From: Rhina ancylostomus
Lineage: Eukaryota
Reading direction: 5' to 3'
Assembly (NCBI GenBank): GCA_030265395.1
Contig: JARFYF010000059.1
Coordinates: 22,521,021 to 22,585,020, forward strand
DNA: 64,000 nucleotides
Translations under genes and position numbers: made by a program
In this document: one piece after another, positions 45,678-57,833 of the stretch
Numbering within the stretch: position 1 is the stretch's first letter
How the letters are laid out: every line of letters starts with the position of its first letter
Notes under the pieces: generated by a model
Told to the model about the DNA's origin: nothing
Databases searched by the model: none
What the model saw: only the letters and a program-made list of their open reading frames with translations

Positions 45678-46555
45678 TTTTCCTGTGAAGAAGTTTATAC
45701 TAATATGAATGGTCTAGCTCTAATTTTAAGAATAAGCACCTTTGTTCTGGATTCCCCACCAGAAGCCATACTTTCCATCTACTTGCTTTAGGAGGTCTTG
45801 TATCTGAACATAGAGTGCTCACTCTGCACTTGAGCTCTTTGGGTAGAAGGAAGCCTTTGTGGGTTAAAGAGAGAAAAACAAAACTCTTAAAGACTGATTA
45901 ATGGTCATATGTCAACATGCTTGTGTGTACAAATCCCATGTTCTTCACTTACTGTCACCATGTGTGAAGTACATTGTATGTGTGCTGATCTACGCTCAAG
46001 TGTTCAGACATCAGGAGTAGTTTGTGGAGCTGAAATAAAGTACTTCTGAGCTTGGAATTTTTGCTCTGGCCTACCTATTCAAGAATGTATCTAAATTCTA
46101 ATCATAAATTTCCTGTTTAAAAAGTAACATTGTGCAACTCTACAACCTGTGACTATTCTATGCAAGCTTTTTCTTCCATGTGCATTGCAATGATCTTTGT
46201 AAAATTTGTGATAATGTTGGACTTGTGCAATAATCATTGTTCTTGACAGGGCAATCTCATTATTGGGCAACGTTTTGAAGATAATCTTTTCATCATTCCT
46301 CACTATTTTGTTAAGTATTCCCAACATGTTGCTACCTGCCCCAGAACAAGCCATGTTGTACAGGATGACAGATACAGTATTTACTGGTGTTTTTGGGGGT
46401 GCATTCTTCAATTCCCTTCACATGTAATTTAGAATATTGAGATCCAGTAACTGCAAATGTCAAATTTATGATTTTCTTTTACATGGGACTGTGATAATTT
46501 TACTGGTGTTTTGGAGATTATCTTCCACATGTTGCCCTTTTTGAGAAATGTGAGA

Positions 46556-46955
46556 CAACAGAGAGTTGAGGACGCAGCTCAGCTCAGCCACCCCTCCGTG
46601 GACTCTGTCTACACTTCTCGCTGCCTCAGTAAAGCAGCCAACATAATCAAAGACCCCACACACCCTGGACATTCTCTCTTTGACCCCCACCTATTGGGCA
46701 GAAGATGCAAAAGCCCGAAAGCACATATCACCAAGCTCAAGGACAGTTTCTATCCCACAGATATAAGACTATTGAATGGTCCTGTAGTCCGATAAGATGA
46801 AATCTTGACCTCACAATCTACCTCCTTATGACCTTGCACCTTATTGTCTACCTGCACTGCACTTTCTCTGTAACTACAACACTTTATTCTGCATTCAGTT
46901 ATTGCTTTCTCTTGTACTACCTCAATGGACTGATGTGATGAAATGATTTATATGG
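46556..46955 (+). mobile_element. Rex1/Babar LINE ORF2 end and 3' UTR
   Basis: ORF QRVEDAAQ..PSVDSVYTSRCLSKAANIIKDPTHPGHSLF..GRRCKSPKAHITKLKDSFYPTDIRLLN. Confidence 0.9.
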
Positions 46956-48660
46956 ACCCTCCCCCCTGTAAATTCTACATAAGACCCATGTCTTTGAACA
47001 CACATTAGGCTACTCACTCTAATGTCCCTCTTACTGCCTCGGTGTCAATTTTTGTCTTACAAGGTGCCATGGGGATTTTACAGTTTTATAACTTTTTTTG
47101 CAATGCTTTTGCTGAAAACTTTCTTCCACTCCCACTTACTGAGGTGGGAGCACGAACAATATTGCCCAGATTGAACCAAGCAGGTTCATGGGAAACCAGA
47201 TATATTTATTTATACCAATTCAGAATTACTGACTTAATTTTAAAACATTATAAAAATGATTGACAACTCCAACAAAATCTTTTATTTAAGCTTGGTGTCC
47301 CATTCCCATTATCGAAAGAAGTGCTAGTCGTTCCACTGAACATCCATTCATAAGAATACTTTAAGATATTATGATTGGGTGAATATTAACCTAACCCATA
47401 GAGGCCAAGCTGTTCCAAGACTGGATCTTCAGAATGGGATGGCAAAGGCAGAGGGACAGGAGAATTGCCCTCAGACCTTCTGGGCTAGGTAGAGGAAAAT
47501 CAGCCACTAGAAAGCATGTGCTGATAAATAGAAGATTGGGGTAGAAATTAATGCCCTGAAAAGGTTCACTAAAGCATGACAATTTGAATGTGGTTTTGTC
47601 ATTCAGCAGTTGAGCCATATCTTAGCATGAACTTACACATTCAGGAGAGGATGGAAAAGAAACAGTGAAATTTAGCTAAATCAGGGAGTGTACCATTTAC
47701 GACAAGCAATGTGTATAACCTGGGGCTTAGATAAAAGCAGTTGCACTTTTCCCTTTGCAACTTTTGAAAGCTTTAAAAAAGGGCTGCTTTCCTCTTACAC
47801 CAGCTACTCTCAAGTGTAATGAGCCCCTGAACGTAAAGCACAAGCAGAATGCAGAATATATCAATGCTGGTTTCTTTAAATGGGTAGAGTTCTCTGTGGT
47901 CATTTTCTGCACCAGTCCTCTTCAATAAGTAATACTAGTCTCTGTATCTTAGAAGCTGGACCACTTCTCCCAGAAACAATGTGCAGCCTTACACATCTGC
48001 CTTTGATTTTCTCGAAAGCTCTGAGCCAGACCATAGTTTGCAACATGTGCATCCCATTGCCAGAGAATCACAGAGCACATGGACCGTGTGTGTAAGCACA
48101 GTCTATAAGCAATTAAACAAACACTAAGGTGAACCTGAGCGAGACACTAGTTCTCTCTAATCCATGTCATATCTATTTATTTTCTTCTGATTTTTAACTT
48201 TGGGTGAGTGTTGACCCTGTCTGTAATGCACTAATCTGACACAGTGAAGGGAACCTATGGTTTTGATGTGAAATATCCAACCCCACAGGCTATCTGATTT
48301 GATGTACAAACTTTAACCAAGCAGGTTTTCCATGCATGTAATATTGGGTTAAGATGCTGCAAGGTATACCTCTGTGACCTTTGCACCAGCCTCTTTCAGT
48401 TAAAGTGGATCATAGATTTTAAACCTTCACTGTAAAGACACCGAGGCTACACGGTTCAGCTTTGAGATTCTACAGGAACAAAGAGAAGGCCAATTGCTAT
48501 AATCATTTAAATATAAGTTTTTTCTTATTTTTCAAAGTGGAAGACATTTGAATAAAGGTTACATTTTAGCCAAAGCAAATTCAAAATGTGTGAAACACAA
48601 AAAGCATTCAAAAACCTTACGAATATTTTAGTGAATGAGACTCATATATACGTCAATGCT

Positions 48661-48866
48661 AATGACAACAAACTGGTAAATGAAATTTGCCAAGCCTGCC
48701 AGTATCAATGACAATATACTGATCATTGTGACAGCCAAGCCTGTCAGTAACAATGATAATATACTGGTCAATGAGACTTGCCAAGCCTGTCAGTATCAAT
48801 GATAATGTACTAGGCAAGGGGACTTGCCAAGCCTGCCAGTCCCAATGACGATTATTGGCTAGTGAT
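48661..48866 (+). repeat. ~46-bp tandem repeat, ~4.5 copies, followed by a 25-bp-period duplication (48881-48926)
   Basis: GCCAAGCC at 48689, 48734, 48780, 48826 (periods 45, 46, 46); unit ~GCCAAGCCTGYCAGTATCAATGAYAATATACTGGTCAATGAGACTT. Confidence 0.9.
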
Positions 48867-51800
48867 ACTGCTTTAGCTTCCATGAGCTAATGGCAATTCA
48901 TCTTGCATGAGCCAATGGCAATTCATAGGGCCATTAAAATTTACAGGCCTGCCAAGAAATATACCGATATAGCAATGAATTCAATTCACCAATATATTGG
49001 TGACCGAAAATTAGAAGAGCTGCCAAATTGCTTGCTAATTTATTGCTGGTTAATCTGGTGCCAGTGGCAGTACTGAGATGAAATGAAGTTAATGTGCCTT
49101 TCTAGATTCAGACCAAATTATCGAGGGCCAAGGTATGTCAGTGCTCTTGGGGTGAGATGAGCAACAGTGTATTCAAGAATAAATCTGATGCTGTGAATTG
49201 GCCATCCATTATTGAAACCATCCCCAGGTTTACACCTAGTCAAGTTGCCAGTTTACCCCACAGCATTCATGCTGGTGATCAGAGACCAGGCAGATTGATG
49301 AGGTAGTAAGCATTGCTAGTATTCATTGGTTTCAATTTAAAATCGTGTAGCCTGTTTGGTAATCATTCACAGCCAGCATGCTCCAGAAAAGTAAATGCTG
49401 TACTGTGTTCTATATACAAGAACACAGTACAGCAAAACAGGCACAATGAAAACAAGATGACATAGACTCACTTGAATGGTTTGTAGCTGAAATTGAAATG
49501 AAATGAAATTGGACTTCCTCATTTGCGATATCAAATTTGTGGGGTTAAGTGAAACTAACAAAGCAAAGGGTAATACCAGCTTTAATTATAGAAAGATTGG
49601 TTTGATATCCAGGAGCAATAAAGTCCAGAAGCTGGGGCGGGGGGGGGGGATGTGGATGGATTGAAAGGGTGGCAGAGTGAGACTGGACTAGTTTCAAGGG
49701 CAGTGTGACATACAGATTGATAAAGTAATGTTGATTCAATGAGCTTCTCCATAGACCAAGTTTGCTTTTTGAATCTAGAATGTAATCTCAGATGATGCTT
49801 TGCACAGATATACGGAAGGAATCTGTGTTTTCATACCAGAAACTCTCTCTGAATTCTTAGTTAACACTCTAAGACTGAAGACATAGAAGATGTAGGTCAA
49901 ACTAGTGAAACAAACAAGTTCATTATATACATAGCAAGTAGAAAACTTCTTATGTTATGACCAATGAGAGATTTGGTGATTTTATTTTTACTAAAGAAGA
50001 TACATATTTCATTGAAGGTCTGGTGTGGAAATATAATGGGGGTCACTACCTTTGTTTTACTTTTGCCTCTGAAAGAGAAATAACAGGTTGTTACCAATTC
50101 CATCAGGCCCCTCCTCTCCTATCAGTAGAAGAGTCTGCAGTTCCCACATTGGTCTCATCCATCTCCACAGAACCTACAGATCTGGCAATGGAATCACACG
50201 AGGGAGTACCTGATAAAGAAAGATGATTGGAAAATTGTGTTAGGTGAGGGTTGGATCAGGCTCTGTGGAGATGTCTTCCACTGTCAGGTTACCTGCTGAC
50301 TCCCACTGCCTGGCCTCACGATTAAGAATGGCTAAATGGATACAGTATTGAAAGGATGAATTTCCTGGTGGAACCAAGCAAGGAACCAGGGGAAGAGTTT
50401 ACACAGTGAGGTTTATCTTAGCTGGCAGCATTGGCAGCAAAAAAAAAGGAAAATCAAGCAAAGTGTAAAATGTATATCCATTGCCCAATGTCCTAGCTCA
50501 AGCAAGTCAGTTCTACACAGACTGATCAGGAATGGGATCTTCCTAATCTGCACCACAGCAAGCTGTATATTTACCAATTGTCCTACAGAGGAATATGTTC
50601 AGAAATTATTTTTAATTTATTAGACTAATCCCACCATCATCTTTACAAAGTTACATAAAAATGTAATAAAGGTGCAAAAAAAATTGAAACATCCTTTTCT
50701 CTTGCTCAGCGGAACTTACAAGCCACTAATGATAGGGTCTGCTGGGCAGCAAGCTGTTTCTCAATCCTGCCTGTCATTCTCTGTACGAATCAGACTATAA
50801 ATACAGGCCACTTTGGCATTGTATTCAGCATATAGTTTCTTTTGCTCAGTTCATTAAGGAGCATTCAGTTGTGGGCCCTGCTGTTTGAGTTAAACATCGT
50901 TCAGTCTCTTGTATTGTATTGGACGACATGCAGGCCTTTCGTTCTTCAATCCGGTGAGTATCAACAGAAAAGGCAGGCATTGTCTGCTTGTCAGCTCTCT
51001 ATTCAGATTGGAATGGATGGAGATATGCACAAGTCATGACCGATGCACTTTCAGTCTGTCAGTGGAGCCACAGGGATTCACTTCGGCCTCTGCACTACAC
51101 TACATCTTTAACATTCACTCCTTGCCAGCACAATGATCAGACGTCTTGCAAGCACACACCTTGTAATTTATTCTCATTATGTCTTAGGCCTAACCTTTCA
51201 ATACCCATTCTTTGTTACTTTGCAAATGAACTGTTAATATTGAGGCACAATTTGGCTTAACATACAGGCTGCAGGCTGAGAAGAGGAGGCAAATGCCATT
51301 AATTCTATCAGTCTCATTCCTCACTGGTAAACACCATTTAACAGTGTTATAAATTCAGGGTTTGATGAATACTGTGCTCTCTGCAGTCAAATAGCCTGAT
51401 TTTCAGCATACTTCATCAAGAAGGCTGAGAGATGCCAAAGAGATCCACCTTCAGAACCAAAGGAGGAAAATTAAAAGAAGGTCCCTGTGGTGGTGGGAAA
51501 CAAAAGGCTGATGTTTAACTTTTTGAAATTCATGTTAAGAGTAAAGCCTCAGTATGAGGTGGGTCGTTTCACTGCCCAGTTAATGCCAATGCTTTTGTCA
51601 ATGTCATTTTTAAATGGATTTAACTGAAAGGTTTGCTAGCTTATAACATGCTAACTTTAGTGTACAGATTTTACAATGCAAGCATTGTTATTTTAGGATG
51701 AAAAAGCAGCAGCTCTCCCACCATTTCTGGTGGTGAAACCTGCTCTTTGTATGTGGGCACCACTGCCAAGGCACAATTTTATTGCATTTAATAGGTAATT

Positions 51801-52726
51801 GAAGTCAACAAGACAACATGGGAGCTGAATCACATGGACCTGAATCCTTTTGATGTGGAAACATATCATCGCTGGTTCAAGATCCTGAAACTCACCTGTC
51901 ACATGTCTGTAGTGACTCAAGAAGACAACTTGCCACCAACTCCTCCTGGACAATTAGGTTTGGGTAATTATTTCTGGCCTTTCCAATGAAAGTCATATGG
52001 CATAAATATTTACTAAAAGGATTGAATAAGCAGATTTGAAATCCATCTCAATTGGTCTGATGTCAACCCAATTGCTCTTTATCATTTCCTCAGTTTATTA
52101 CTACCCCTCTGTCTTTCTTCTATTATCCCTTACTCATCATATCTCAGTTAATCCTCTCTCCTATGTTCCTTTCTCATGTTTGGTTGTTGTCATTAGAGAA
52201 AAAAATCGGGCATCCTTTAAAAATGTCTGTTGATTCGCAATCACCCACGTTGCCCCAATTCCACAGCCCACTGTAAATATGCAAAGGAGGTGAAGCTGCA
52301 GAATTGTTTTTACTTATTGCAACCTTGTCATGTTATCATATTACTGGTAAAGGAAACCACAACAGCAGTTCATGTGATTAAAGGGCAGAACCACCTAACT
52401 TCCCCGGAGGAGTAAGTACAGGAATCACCAAACCTGAAAAAGAGAAACAACCGTTGTTATTTGTGACTGAATCTTAAAGGTCACCTGCAGTGCTGGCTGT
52501 GCACTGAGCACACAACCATATGTGGCATTAATAATGTTCATTTAATCTTCTTGTGAAGTTTCATGCAACTCTATCTTATCGGTCCACTTACTACCATCCT
52601 TTCCTGCAACCCCAGCCAATATTAATTGATGCCGACCTGATCAACTGGTTCAAAAAGGAAGAGAAAAGATATCCATTTGGAGGCAGACTCGGGGAGGGGC
52701 ACAATTCAATGCCTACGTGGCAATTG

Positions 52727-52856
52727 GAGATACAAGAAACTGCAGATGCTGGAATCTGGAGCAGCAAACAATCTGCTGGAGGAATTCATCGAGTCGAGCA
52801 GCATCTGTGGTAGGAAAGGAATTGTCAACGTTTTAGGTCAAAACCCTGCATCAACC
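52727..52856 (-). mobile_element. Penelope-like end fragment with degenerate hammerhead
   Basis: GAGATACAAGAAACTGCAGATGCTGGAATCTGGAGCAGCAAACAATCTGCTGGAGGAA..; reverse core TTGATGCAGGGTTTTGACCTAAAACGTTGAC. Confidence 0.85.
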
Positions 52857-53556
52857 CTGACGGCAACTGTTGGTCTTCTGTTGCTGGTGCTAGTTGGGTA
52901 GAAATGGACAGTTCAGGAACACGGGGAATGTTTACACACAAAACACAAATGGGTTGGGAAAATGTGACAATGAATGAATACCCCGGAATTTTGTGCGAGT
53001 ATTTGTGAGATTCAGGAAGTATTTAAACAGGCTCCTCCCTCAGTTCCATGGTTTTATGAAAGCAGTGTGGGCTCAATGGGTTGAAAGTGGATCGAGAGAC
53101 CTCTCACTTGACTGGTCTGTCTTCATTCAAATAATTTGTAAAGCTGAAGTGAATTCTTTCTAATTTATGTTGCATACCTTAAATGTGCCAGGATGTACTG
53201 TCTACCCATGGGCAGCATTAATCAGTTTCCCTCTCTTCCGTCTCCAAGGTCTGAGCACACTAGCTGTTGAGACCCTGGATTTTAACTAGAAAGTATCAAT
53301 GGTCATTCCCATACATGGGAGTCTGGGCTTTACTGACATCATTGTCAGTGGGCTGATGACAGAGTTCAAATATAAGAGCCTGTCAGGCTTGGAGCAGGAG
53401 GGTGTTGGTGTGGGTGATTGTGACCCCAGGGTGGGGGTAGGAGACCATTCTGGTTTTGTGGAGTCTGGGAGAGCACAACTGCTTGTCCCAAGCCAATGCT
53501 TAATCTGGACCAACAGCTGATACTGAGTGAATATGTACAGCATACATTTAAAGCAA

Positions 53557-53933
53557 TAAAACAACTTGCATTTTTGTAGTATCTTCCACAACCTCAAGAC
53601 ATCACAAAGCACTTTACAGCCAATGAACCTATTAAAATATAGAGGCAAGCTCCCATGAATAACAACGCGATAATGAATAGGTCAACTGCTCCAATGATAT
53701 TGTTGTAATAACTATTGGTCAGGAGATCAGAGAGAACTGCTCTCTGAATAACATTGTGTAATTTCTCACATGAGGAAGCAGAATGGATCTTGACTTAATA
53801 TCTCTCTTGAAATATAGCACCTGCAATGATTGTGGAGCATTTCCTCAAAATTGTGCACATTCAGCTTGTGGGTGGAGTGGCAGTTGAGTCCACAACTTTC
53901 TGCATCTGAGGTGACACTGCGAATGCAGAGCTA
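53557..53933 (-). mobile_element. Near full-length Deu-domain SINE
   Basis: AACAACTTGCATTT..CAACCTCAAGACATCACAAAGCACTTTACAGCCAATGAA..GCAAGCTCCCA..TTGAGTCCACAACTTTCTG. Confidence 0.75.
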
Positions 53934-53995
53934 AGAGCTCTCCTAAAAAGGCCATCAGATTCCAATTTATGTCAATGGAATTGCACTTCAAATGT

Positions 53996-54127
53996 GTCCA
54001 GATAAATGGTCTCAACCTGAAACGTCAACTGTCCATTTCCCTCCATAGATGTTGCCTGACCCACTGAGTTCCTCCAGCATGTCATGTGTTGCTCCAGATT
54101 CCAGCATCTGCAGTCTCTTGTGTCTCT
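53996..54127 (+). mobile_element. Penelope-like end fragment with degenerate hammerhead
   Basis: GTC-CAGATAA-ATGGTCTCAACCT-GAAACGTC-AACTGTCCATTTCCCTCCATAGATG..GCTCCAGATTCCAGCATCTGCAGTCTCTTGTGTCTC. Confidence 0.85.
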
Positions 54128-55137
54128 GGTCTACCACCTGATTTGGGGTGTGGGATTTGCTAGCCCAATAAGGGAGATGGCCACAACACCAAGGAACAGG
54201 ACAGAAAGACCTTTCCTGATATTTTTCAAGAATGAGCACCATATCTATGCCAGAAAGGGGACCTCAAAATCTTTCCCTGTCTGCTGTCCCATTTGCTAAT
54301 CAGCTACTTTCATCAAAAAAAGTTTCAGAACCATTTTAATCCTTTCTCAATATGTTTTCTGCCAAGCTGACTGTAATTCATAACTACGGAAGTAAATTAA
54401 GACAAAATGGTTTCCTTTCAATTAAGTGTGCAGTAGCCTCAAGTAACCCGCTGTAATTCTATTTAATGAAAAAATTAAATTATTCTCTCCACTTCATTGC
54501 CTTTTGTGACACACACAGAGCATGTGTTCATTAAATGGAGTGGATTTATTTAATCTCCCCAAAATAAGCCCTATTTTGTATGATAAAAGTGAAGGCCTGG
54601 TAATTAATTGAATGTACAGTTGATTACTCCTGGTGGATAATCAAGTGCCTTCTTAAAAGTATCGATCCAACAAGTTGGCAGGCAGATTTATGAAACAAAT
54701 CAATAGCATTAAAATTCTTGTCAGTATAACAAATCTTTCATAGGGTAATTACATATTGGGAGAAAACACTGTGTAAATGTGTGGATGAGTAAATATATGT
54801 CTCAGTCATAGCTTTCAGTCTACTTCTCAACCAGTCAGGGAATAACTATTGTTGAAAATGTTAGTCCACTATTTGGCTGTATTAGTGGACAGCCTTTGAA
54901 TCATTTGTCCATGTAAGTATTCCATCCAAACATCAAGTGAAGAGTTTAGCTTCAGCCTGAAGAACCAGGCCAGGATGCACCAAAGATGCTTTTATGTGGA
55001 TTTACAGTCTTCCAGTAAATTTGAATAGACTTTCCCCATCTCATTCAAATGGGAAATACAGACTTTAAATTTCAAGGTTTGTAGTTTTTTTATATGGAGA
55101 TACTAAATCAGAGATTGTGCGATGTCTAGGTTGAAAC

Positions 55138-55907
55138 TATGACTTCAGGAAGGGGAATGGTGCACATGCATCAGTCCACATCAACAGTGCTGAGGTCGAG
55201 ATGGTTGAGAGCTTCAAGTTCCTAACAGTGAACACCACCAACAGCTTGTCCTGGTCCAACAATGTAGGCGCCATGGCCAAGAAAGTTCACTAGCGCCTCT
55301 ACTTCCTCAGGAGGCTAAAGAAATTTGGCATGCCCCCTTTGACACTCACCAATTTTTATCAAAGCACCACAGAAAGTATCCTATCTGAATGCATCATGGC
55401 TCAGTATGGCAAATGCTCTGCCCAAAACTGCAAGAAACTACAGATTGTTGACACAGCTCAGCACATCACAGAAACCAGCCTCCCCTCCATGGACTCTGTC
55501 TGTACTTCTCGCCGCCTTGGTAAAGCAGTTAGCATAATCAAAGACCTCACCAACCCACGATGTTTTCTCTTCTCCCCTGTCTCATCAGGTAGAAGATACA
55601 AAATCCTGAAAGCACATACCACCATGCTCAAGGACAGCTTCTATCCCACTGTCCCTTAGTTGAATGGTCCCTTAGTATGATAAGATGGACTCTTGACCTC
55701 ACGATCTACCACATTATGACCTTGCACCTTATTGTCTACCTGCACTGCACTTTCTCTGTAGCTGTGACATTTTATTCTGCATTCTGTATTGTTTTTCCTT
55801 GTACTACCTCAATGCACTGTGTAATGAATTAATCTGTATGAACGGTATGCAAGACAAGTTTTTCAGTGTACCTGGGTACAAGTGACAATAATAAAGCAAT
55901 TCCAATT
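55138..55907 (+). mobile_element. Rex1/Babar LINE, 5'-truncated: ORF2 C-terminal (DUF1891-like) region plus complete 3' UTR
   Basis: DFRKG..VHINSAEVEMVESFKFL..SLSWSNN..KKVH*RLYFLRRLKKFGM..LTNFY..ESIL..LKDSFYP; internal stop; tail CAATAATAAAGCAATTCCAATT. Confidence 0.93.
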
Positions 55908-55919
55908 GCTTTCAATATG

Positions 55920-56015
55920 TTGATGAAGGGTCTTGACCTGAAACGTCAACTGTCTATTTCCCTCCATAGATGCTCCCTGACCCACCGAGTTCATCCAGCA
56001 GTTCATTTTTTGCTC
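55920..56015 (+). mobile_element. Penelope-like end fragment with hammerhead core, abutting the Rex tail
   Basis: TTGATGA-AGGGTCTTGACCT-GAAACGTC-AACTGTC..CCATAGATGCT.CCTGACCC..GAGTTC.TCCAGCA. Confidence 0.85.
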
Positions 56016-57704
56016 TTAGTGTCTTCATTTACCCAAGGAACAGTTTACTTGCATGACAGGATGTAGAGAGGATGTCATAATTCCAGGATATCTTTCAAGG
56101 GATAAAAGTAATATATTGGGATCATTGGAAGAAGCAAATTAAGTAGAACATAACAGACTTTACTCATGGAGATTACTCTGGAAAGTCCTATTTATTGCAA
56201 TGATTTAAAATTTTAGGGAATGCAAGTCCTGAGCAATTAGTGTTGATAATTTTGCACATAATTGCCTGTCGTATATTGCATTGGACTAGATGCTATTCTT
56301 AGCTTGAGATGGGATACAGATACTCAGCATTAAAACACAGCAGTCTCTCCAGTGATCTTGTGGATAAACGTCTAATGCTTACTTTGACGTTGGTATGTTT
56401 CAGACTGGATCTGAAGGATCCCCATAACTGCCACAGCAAATACTGACAAAACTAAATCACTGGGGAGGACTAGCTGGATGAACCTGGCTGGCTGGATAGA
56501 TAGATGGTCTTTCTGTTTGCAGTAATGCATAAAAGCTGGTTTAAGTTGATGGACCAGTTCTATACATAGCCCTCTCTGTTTCACCCGTACCCAGGAGAGA
56601 AACCAACGTTTCACTACAATTTTCCACAGCTTTCTGGTGACCTTTGGAGAAAATAGGGGACTATATTCTTTGGCACCTAGTGTAGTTCCTGTCATGTAAC
56701 AGCTAATTCATTCAAACTGTCTTGGTTAATTCCACATGGACCTCAGAGACAAGGCTCAGAGTACGTGTATTGTTGAATGTGATTCCAATAGTACATATGC
56801 TCTCGTTCTGCCGACTGCCAGACTGTTACATTATAACAAACCACCTTTGTTTCATTCACTGTCCAGCATTTCAACCAAACTTTCCAAAAGGGAAGAGGGT
56901 CAAACTTTACCTTGAGAGTTGATTATAAAATTATAAAGAGCACTTTTATGCTGATGGCTACACTTTGGCTGCTGTTCTTTTTCTCATTGTCCAATTCCCA
57001 AGGGTTATCTTTATTTTTAAATAAATTGTTTCTTTGGCACAATGGCATTATTGAGGTAAAATAACAATTGGTCTCACAACTCAGGGGCCTCGAATATGCT
57101 GTGGGTTAATTAACCATCCATGTGCTGCTAAACCATGCAAACTGAAGGAATCCCTAGATTTAGACTGCTGATCATTGCTAAGTTACCTGATCTGCTATAG
57201 GGTGGCATTTGGGGAGCAGTATCATTTCAAGGCTGGATAATGGAAAAAAATCCACTGGGCTTTTCAGAAGTAGGTCTGTGGGGTCATCAGGTGGGAAACA
57301 ATTTTATTCAGCCCTAGACTGCAACACATATGGAACAGACAGAGATATCAGCATTTCCCTGACCTGTTCTTACAGCTGCAGTATTGTGTGGCTGGACCAG
57401 CTAAATCTTTGATTCAGTTTAAGATACCAAAGAATTGTTTTCACCCATGGACTTACACTCAGATGAGGAATCTGTGCCTTTAGAAGAAGAAAGCGTAAGA
57501 GAACCCAAGACAGATTCAAGCAGTGTAGGACTTGGAGTTAGTTTACTGGACAACAATAAAACTGCATGTACATTCTTTTAATTCCCATTGGTTTCTTCAA
57601 AGGACAATGGGTTGGAAAGAGTTGGTTCAGTATTGAGTTTTTAATGTTGAACTTTTGCATCAGTTGTAACTGTGTGGCGCAGTGAGTTACAACAGCTTAG
57701 AACA

Positions 57705-57833
57705 GATGGAATTGGGAGCAACAAACAAGATGCTGGAGGAACTCAGCAGGTCAGGCAGCATCCGTGGAGGGAAATGGACAGTCGGCGTTTCGGGTCAAGA
57801 CCCTTCATCTGGACTGAAAGATAGAAAAGAGAT
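57705..57833 (-). mobile_element. Penelope-like end fragment with hammerhead fold (57779-57816)
   Basis: Reverse: CAGTC-CAGATGA-AGGGTCTTGACCC-GAAACGCC-GACTG; stems I and II pair. Confidence 0.85.

Noticed and set aside
48661-48866. CRISPR-like array
   Set aside because: Whole units are homologous, so there are no unique spacers; no cas genes; vertebrate context
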